A model generated the notes under the pieces. The model was given only the letters and a program-made list of their open reading frames with translations, was not told the origin of the DNA and did no database searches. The position numbers were made by a program, and so were the translations under genes. From the human T2T-CHM13v2.0 reference genome, Homo sapiens, in the NCBI RefSeq assembly GCF_009914755.1, contig NC_060931.1: 64,000 nt of DNA; one strand, 5' to 3'. Numbering within the stretch: the stretch's first letter is position 1; every line of letters begins with the position of its first letter. Of the stretch, positions 55,633 through 64,000 are shown piece by piece.

Positions 55633-57231
55633 GTGATTCTTGTCTACTTGTTTCCTGTCTGGCTTTTGCTGCTGACGTATCATGGTATCTATGCAATAGC
55701 TTCCAGACAAATCATGAATGAAGTAATATGCTTTCATCTTCCTGTGGGAGGAATAAGCTCATGAACGAAAGATAATGATTTGAAAGGATAAAATAAAAAG
55801 TATGTGACAAATCAAAATTATTAAAATGTTATATTTTCCCTTCAAATGTATTTAGCTGAAGTTTCATAGTACTCCAAACTATGAGGGACAGTACTCAGTA
55901 TAATTTTATAAGGCCAATCATTGCATTCTTCAGTCTCAATAGATAAGAAGCTATTGAAAAAGGTGGAGATGAATAGAAAGGGAGAAGGTAACATCAGCAC
56001 ACACTTTCTGTAGACAAAAGAGATCTGAAATATTGGTTAATTTGTGCTCTTTCTAAAATTTTTAAATTATGTGCTCAGTTAAATTGTCTAATGATTCTTA
56101 TTTGTCATAGATATTAGGGATTATTTACTTTGCAGGTTGTTTTACTTATTTCATAAAAGCAAAAGTAATAAGTTGTTCCTTTTTTATAAATAGTGGATAG
56201 ATATCAATACAGTACAAATCAGTGCATATTTTTAGCCTAAACCTTCTAGAGAGCACAGATATATGTATATATGTGTGTGTGTGTATATATATACACATTG
56301 ATATGTATTTATATTTACATTTATATCTTTATATTTATACATTATATGTCTATAACAATATATAGTATGTAATATATAATATATAAATGTGAATATAAAC
56401 GTATATGCACATATATTTATACATAAATATATACATTATATATAAATATGTGTATATTTATACATATATACATTATATATAAATATATGTATATATACAT
56501 ATATACATTATATATAAATATATGTGTATATATACATATATACATTATATATAAATATATGTATATTTATACATATATGTATAAATGTGTGTATATATAC
56601 ATTTTTAAAAGCAAGAACTTATACCACGATAATAAACTGCTGCCCTAACATAAAGGATTTTTTTAATCCATTATACTAGAACCTTGCATATAGAATCCCC
56701 CTCCATACCTCTACGATGTAGTAATGTGCAAGGCTACTACCATGAAGTCATAGCATATTTTTACTGCTGCTTCCACCACTGAAATGTCATTCCTAAAGTT
56801 CATTCCTAAAGGGGATACCATCATAATCTTGAGATCATTTTTTAAAATCAGTGATTATGTGTTCAGTATTATCAGTATGTAAACACTAGACAGAATACAC
56901 ATGACTACTAAGGCCTACCTAAGGCCTACTCCCTCAGATATTCTTGGATCAAGATATTTCATGTTCACGTTGAAAAACAAGGTCTTTAGATAATTTAAAA
57001 TTACTACGAAACCCCTAGAGTTGGTAATACACACAGGAAGGGAAATAAGATCTGAAGGTTCAATAAGGGATGGAGATTGGATAGCTGATAAAGCAGAACA
57101 GGTACCTAAGGAGAGTGATGCTTGTCTACTTGCTTCCTGTCTGGGTTTTGCTGCTGACATTTCATGATATGTATGCAATAGCTTCTAGACAATTCGTGAA
57201 TGAAGTAATAAGTTTTCTTCTTCCTGTGGGA
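55633..57231 (+). repeat. Dispersed 117-bp direct duplication: 55633-55749 and 57115-57231
   Basis: Ungapped alignment with 13 mismatches counted by eye (about 89% identity). Confidence 0.95.
56258..56600. repeat. TA-rich simple repeat containing a 35-37 bp minisatellite
   Basis: 'cattatatataaatat' recurs at 56434, 56471, 56506 and 56543. Confidence 0.92.
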
Positions 57232-57384
57232 ATGCATGAAAATAAAATAATACGGAAATAAAAGAAAAAATATCAAATAAAAATGAAAGTACTATGGCAT
57301 AAAGTATCTGGATTATGAGATCAGAGGTAAATCTAATGAAAAAAAATCACACAGAATTTAAATCTTAAGTTGGGCAAAGCATTT

Positions 57385-57487
57385 TAGACCAAAGCTTCGT
57401 GAGGTTAAGACTCAGATCTGCTTTCAACTCTTTAACTACCACAATGTTCCATATATCAGATGCTCAATAACTATTTCCTGGATGAAC
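57385..57487 (+). mobile_element. L2 3' terminal fragment
   Basis: 'aagcttcgtgagg...gatgctcaataactatttcctggatgaa' resembles the L2 3' end. Confidence 0.55.
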
Positions 57488-59280
57488 TCATGCTAACTAT
57501 TAAAGCCTGTCTAAATTCACCCAGAGGTGGAGAAAGCACTGGTTACACTTGCTTCATGGTTCCAGGTACATGGCAGAGCCCGTCTGCTGTAGCAGATGCC
57601 TGGGGGTTGATTGGACAACAAACGTGTGTGAGGAAAAAGGCATTTCTTTCTGAGAAGGCTGCCAAGAAAGAGGACCAAACAACTGTGCCAGGACTGCTCT
57701 TAACCTCCATCAACACCCTCACCATCATATTGATCTACCTAATTTAACCAAAAAGCTTCTGCAAATGTGTGCAGAGATAATTGGACTACGTTTTACAGTT
57801 TAAAATAAACAGCCCCATAACATTTTTGATGAGTTAATTTGCATTATGTCCTTTATGCAAACACTATCTGTTTGCTATGCCTTCCTTGAAACACACTAAC
57901 ACATCGATAGTTTCTGGAAATATTTCAGTATGAAATATTTCTGCAGTAACCCTTAAATTTTCATGTTGTTAATGTGAGTAATCTATACATTCTCCTAAGT
58001 TTAAATTTATTTATTTTAGCTATGATTACAAAGATATAGACATAGGGATTAGAGAATAAAAATTTAATGAATTATTTCCTATTTCACTTTTCCCATCTCT
58101 GACTTACCTTTGGTTACAGGATTCTAGAAAAGAAATTCAAACAACTGTAGTAACTTTAGCCTTATTTTCCTTGAAAGAGGAGGTTAACAACATGAAACTT
58201 AGACTTTGGTGGTAGAGAAACTTGATTTTTAATGAAAGAAACAAAAACAATGTATATGCAAGGATAAGTGAACTATCTTTCCCTTAAGATATTACCAATT
58301 TTACATTATGAGTTAACAAATTTTGTGGCAACCTAATTTGTTTTTCCATAGACTATAAGTTTCTAATATAAAATGGTTAATTTTCCTATGAAGTAGAAAA
58401 CTATACAATAAGATTGGATCTGTATTTAAACTCATGCTTAAACAGGTTAAATATGCACTGCTTTTTATACACCTATGGAAGAACACAGTATACCACCTAA
58501 GGAGATTATTCTCATGCACAAGTCAAGATGAAATCAAAAATTATAAATGATCTCTTTGAGTTCACTGTTTTCTTCCCTTTATGCATTCCACATAGACAAT
58601 TTTTTTAATAAAACCTTTCTAAAATACTGCATTTTTACCTGGTTAGGAGACAGGAAAAAAGTAACAATATAATTTACATTTTTCATGACAGTGTATTTTT
58701 AAATTCTCTTATAGGCACTGACCCTCTATTCCATATTAACCTTATTTCTATTACTTCTTTTCTGTGCATTATCTAATGCTAATATAATAGAAACAAACAT
58801 AGAGTAATTCTGACTAATCTTTTATTGTCTTTAGAGTACTAATGCATGGAATACTTTCCAGATAGAAGCCTTAGTAAGATTTTACTTACTTTTAAAATTC
58901 CAGCTAAAATAGACATTTTCTATTTGATATTGACATAATATGATTATTTTCCAAGTATCAGCTCAAGTTTCATTACAGTAATTTTCCAGGACATTCGTAT
59001 TTTGTGAACATCAGATTTTTTTTTTTTTTCCTGAGAACAGGACCATAAGGGAAAAAATGAGGACATGGCTTCTTTAGCTATCTATATTCACCGTGGATGA
59101 CTGTAAAGTGAACTGGGTGAGCTGGATTAGCTAAGTGAAACAGCCCTATGGCGATTGCTCTAGAGGAGGAAGATGTAAAGGGGAATTGTGGAGAATGGAT
59201 CAGAAGCACAAGACTTCTAGCCTTATCAAATCTTCTGTGACAAAATCATGGCTCTGAAGCAGGTGGGGCACTCTTAAAAT

Positions 59281-60460
59281 ATTAATTCTTAAATTATTGT
59301 CCCTAAATCCTTAGAGAATTATCAGGCCCTTTTAGGGGTTCAAGGAAATACAATCTATTTTCATAATAATTCTAAGATATTATCTGCCTTTTTATTGTGT
59401 CAGTAAGTGCACTGATTGTGAAAAGCAATGGGGGATAAAACTGCCAGTGACTTATAGCAAGACAGTGTCCCCATATTTTATTACTAATTACTGTATTATT
59501 CATTGCCATGCACCGCCATATAATCCAATATCAGTTTAACTTAAGAATATATTTAAATAACAAAGAATAGTATTTATAAACAAAAACTTGATCCTTAAGT
59601 CACATACATCTATTTTTAACAATCTGCTTGACAAAAGGAGATGTACACTTAAAGCAAGTCAGTCCTTACCAAAATATGATGGTTGTCTCAAGGAATATCA
59701 GTGGTTTGTTTTGAGTAGCCAGAAAAACTAACCATTTATTTCATAGATTGGAACTTTTACTAACGACAATGACTTACAGACAAATTATACTACTTCGTGT
59801 CTGGGTATTTGGAAGATGTTTCCTCAAAAAATGAACAAAATAAGCCTATCACAGAAGACAATTGACAATATATGTGGAAAATAATAAACTTTTAGAAAAG
59901 AAGAATTAGAATTTTAGGGGTTTGTTTCCATCACTGTGAACTTGATGGCCTGTGACTACATAAAGGAATATTCCAATTAAATTAATAATTATATTAAACA
60001 ATGTTAATTTTTGATATTGTAAAATGAAATTCACCTACATTTGGAAGATGTTCATAAATCAATGAACTCATGTTTTCCAAATGACAAATGCATGATGTTA
60101 TAAAATTATCTGTGAATAAAAGGTCCATTCAAGGTTCTTCTTAGGTCAACTGATTCTAATGTAACAGAATATAAAATTATTTTGATTTTTTCAGATTCCA
60201 TTTTGAAACTAACCTTTAAATAACTTTTATCTGTTCTTGAAGAACACTACCAACAATTAGCTGAGAAGATCATTAAAGTTCCCCTCTTTTTATTTCCATC
60301 TACATATCTACATGAAACTTTGATTTTCTTTATATACCTCAGCCAATTTATTGTAAAAAATTTAATGAAAAGCAGATGTGAGAATTCAACTGCCTTCTAT
60401 TAAGGAAGACATTAAATAGATTTGAAAACAATGTAAAACAATTACATTTTTCTCACAAAT
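59281..60460 (+). mobile_element. Charlie1-like hAT DNA transposon fossil
   Basis: 'ctattttcataataattctaagatattatctgcctttt...gcactgattgtgaaaagcaatgggggataaaactgc' and 'tttggaagatgttcataaatcaatgaac' resemble Charlie1a/b. Confidence 0.8.
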
Positions 60461-61689
60461 GCAATTTGACTAAGTTTATAGGTAGCAAGTGGAAGGTCAT
60501 AAAAGAACATCATATAGCACGTGACATAATCTAATTTGATTTTTCCTATTATTGTTTGGAATAATGTGAAATAGAATAATGAGTAAGAAAAATGTCACAA
60601 ATCTCAGGTACCTTTCATACTTTCTGTTAGGACAGTGGGAAATTGTTAATATTTGAATAACAACACTATAGCTTATCAACTATTTCTGCTTATTTCTACC
60701 ACACTTTTTATTTATATATTGTTAGTCAATGAAGATAAATCTCATATAAAAACTATTTATATATTAAACTTGTCTATGATAAGCAATAACTAGGTTCTTA
60801 GGAGCTCACTTTTGATGTATCTCTAATATTTTGGTAGGTATGTAAGAAGTTACCTAGATTGTTGTGTTTAGTGTGAATCTTCCTGATAATGAATGTGACA
60901 AGAGAAACTATATTATCTTGTGAAAATTTTATCTTTTATTCTTAAAAAGTTGACATTTCTCCTTATTCTTCAAAGATAAAATAATCTATTAGTGCATAAT
61001 GAGATATATATGGAAGCTAATCAAAGATAAGCTTCCCCATGGTCATACTTGAAGCAAAATACAAACATCAGAAAGTCATTGGCAGAGCTGTGCTTAGAAA
61101 TCAGGAATAAAGTAGCATGATTTCAACCATAAAGGCAGTATATTTTTATTGGTTCCATTTTAGATAATAGAAGGTTATGATACTTTTGAATGAGCTTCTG
61201 CATTCCTTCGTTAATTTCTGGCATTGTGGTGAATATTAATAAGCACATCTTTTATCATCACAATATTAAATTTTATAACACAACGTCTTGTCCTTCCCTT
61301 TGCCAAGATTTTTAAATAGATGTAATTTTAAGAATATCCACATTAATATCACCAAAAATAGCTACAAATGTAGTAGGGAGAGTTAGTCTCTGTCAAATAA
61401 CATACACATATTTTATAAAATTAACTTGCCAATATATGGTTTGAATTTAGATTATCAATATCTGCATATTATGAAACAATGTTATGTCAGAATTACACTG
61501 CAATATACAATTAAAATAAAATGATTAATTTTCTCTTATTCCTCCAATAGCCCCTTAATTCTGTGTTAAAATTTGATAAACAAATCTATAAAAGAGAATG
61601 TTTAGCTAATAACTAACAGTAAAAATCGTTGACAATGGAAAAAGCAGCTAACTGGTTTTTAGTTGCCACCTCATCGCATAACAGTGATT

Positions 61690-62308
61690 TCATTAGTTTC
61701 CTGTTTTTGAATAACAAATTACCACAAGTTAGTGGTTTAAAATGACAGAAATTTATTTCACAGTTTCCATGGTACGGGAGTTATGGTACAAGGTAACAAA
61801 GTGCTCAGGACCCCCGGCTAAAAATCATCTGGGCTCCCAATTCATATTGGAGCCTCAGCGTACTACCCAAACTCATTAATTGTTGACAAAATTCATTTCC
61901 CTGAAGTTGTATGACTAAGGCATCCATATTCTTACTGACTTCTGAATAGAGACCACATTCAACTTCTAGAGGTCACGCTCAGTTCCTGGCCACATGCCCC
62001 CAAAAGGAGTTCAGAGCATGATTCTTTGCTTTCTTCCAGATGAACAGGAGCACATCTCTCTGACTTTTAATGTTCTTCCAGTATTCTACAAAGGAAGAAA
62101 AGAAATACTCACAGACACACACACACACAATCCCAGGAGTGACTCTGTCTTCACTATTTGCCTTATAACATAATCTAAGCTACAGAGCAATTATACTTTC
62201 ATATCTACAGATTCTGCCCACACTCAATGAGATAATATTAATTCAAGGTGTATGTTTATACCAAGTAGTAAGAATCTGAGAGATCATCTTGGAATATTGT
62301 TTACAACA
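61690..62308 (-). mobile_element. MLT1 (E/F-like) LTR
   Basis: 'taacaaattaccacaagttagtggtttaaaatgacagaaatttatt' ... 'catcttggaatattgtttacaaca'. Confidence 0.75.
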
Positions 62309-64000
62309 GAAAACTTTTAACCTATTGGGCTTTAAATAGAAAGTTTCAGTCCAGGAACAAAATAATTTATTTCATTATTTCCAAACATATTTCTTTGTAG
62401 AAATGAATGATATTACTAACATCTTATGGCATTTATTGAGATCAATATTTATCTTCAAGTTGATAGTCAGTATTTATAGCCCCTCACTCTAAAACCAGGT
62501 ATAGAGGTCAAATAGTAAGTAAATGAATACAGAATTTTCTTGCACCCCTAGAAACAACTGTACTGAGAGTAATATTTTAAATATATATAGTTTTTTAATT
62601 AACAAATTAAACTCTATATTCCAAATCAGGAGAAACATATGAAGGCAATTGTTGTATATTCCTTTAAAATATTCTTGTGTGTGTGTGTTTTGATTTCATT
62701 TGTTGCTTGACACAATAAATGTATTTTCTGCAGAGGGTGACAGTGGCAATTGGGAGAGTTAATGTGGATCTTTCTCATTTGAGAATCATAGCAATAACAG
62801 GTGCCTAAATTTCATGAAAAGACCTTAGGCTTAATGAGGTGTAGACAAATTCATCATGATCAGGTAATAAAAATCTTAACCTAAAAAATGTTTAAATCTT
62901 ATATGGTTAGAGTTTGAAGTTACTGCTTAATTTTTCCTAATAAACTTTTAACAAGTTCTTATATTAATATATTCACATTTTAAGTAAAATGACACTTGGG
63001 TAATTTCCCAAGATTTACATTTTGAGGTCATATTTTCATAAAATAGTTGGCCAATAAAATAATAGAATTGCACTATTTTATCAATCATGATTTCAGAGTC
63101 ATCCCAAAAGAAACAAACTAAAATGTCTTTTAAAAACACAAGGATAGTATTATGAGAAATAGATTGCTTCAGCCTATGTACAGCAGATTTAATATTTAAC
63201 AATAATATGTAACCTTAATACTTAATAATTAAATAGAATTTTTGCAGTATTGCTTAATGTATGTATTATATAATGTGATATATTTGGATGAATAAAAACC
63301 TCTAATTTTGAATACAATTTTTTGCATTTATTTAAAACATTTTATTTCACCTGCAAAAAAGCATCGTCAAATGGCATATGCAAGTTTCACATTTCTTAAA
63401 AACAAGTAAATGGAAGAAATTTATTATTGAGATAGCAATAATTTGAGTAGATTTAGAATTCCTGGAAGTAAAACATTTCCCAGTTTCAAAATTACACAAA
63501 TAACAAACAAACAGCTACAACAGCAACAAAATGACTTGAGAAGAAAAACATAACCTGAGGCAAACTCTTCTATTTAAAGAGTAATAAAAAAGTACAATGA
63601 TAGCAGTTAAACATTTCAAAAGGGGCAGCAATGAGGAGAGACCAGTTATATATTGAAGGATTCTCTTGAGTATGCTGTTTATGAATATATATGTGCACTC
63701 ATTTGCATACACACACAGACACACATACACAAACACAATACATCTATTCTTCCTGGTCCCATTTTTGGTATGCCATTATCTGATATCAAAAATCAATGAA
63801 AATGTATGCAAATCTTTCTTGCAATCTTTAACAAAAAATAAATTTAAATCTTTTCTTGGCTGTTTCAATCTCTCATTCCTGGAACATGTCCCCAATCTTA
63901 CTTCTCTGTGCTACATTCAACAAACTATTCTTCCTCAAAGGAAAAAAAATACTTTTTTCTCTACCTGTTCCTCTGTGACCTATCATACCTGGTCTATTCT

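Overview
Primate (human-like, catarrhine/hominoid) AT-rich genomic DNA that reads as intergenic or deep intronic. It is dominated by transposable-element fossils. I find no credible protein-coding gene, tRNA/rRNA gene or CRISPR array; every ORF I can assign a product to is an Alu, L1, LTR or mariner remnant. Main components: two near full-length old L1s facing tail-to-tail (L1PA13-like, + strand, 28.9-38.4 kb; L1PA15-like, - strand, 44.6-52.5 kb), several older L1M/L2/MIR fragments, eight Alus, a solo LTR12C/ERV9 LTR with a 4-bp TSD, an internally deleted ERV1 provirus with a 4-bp TSD, a two-LTR MST (MaLR) element, MLT1 LTRs, a Charlie1-like hAT element and a rearranged Hsmar1 mariner. The most unusual structure is that Hsmar1. 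It keeps both TIRs and nearly unit length, but its middle is replaced by an inverted copy of neighbouring host L1 DNA fused in frame to an inverted piece of its own transposase gene. Three non-tandem local duplications are also present (20.9/21.6 kb, 23.2/24.6 kb, 55.6/57.1 kb), plus a perfect 46-bp microsatellite palindrome. Subfamily names come from my recall of consensus sequences, not from a database search. I do not see evidence for a new functional biological system; the findings concern genome rearrangement history and possible regulatory potential.
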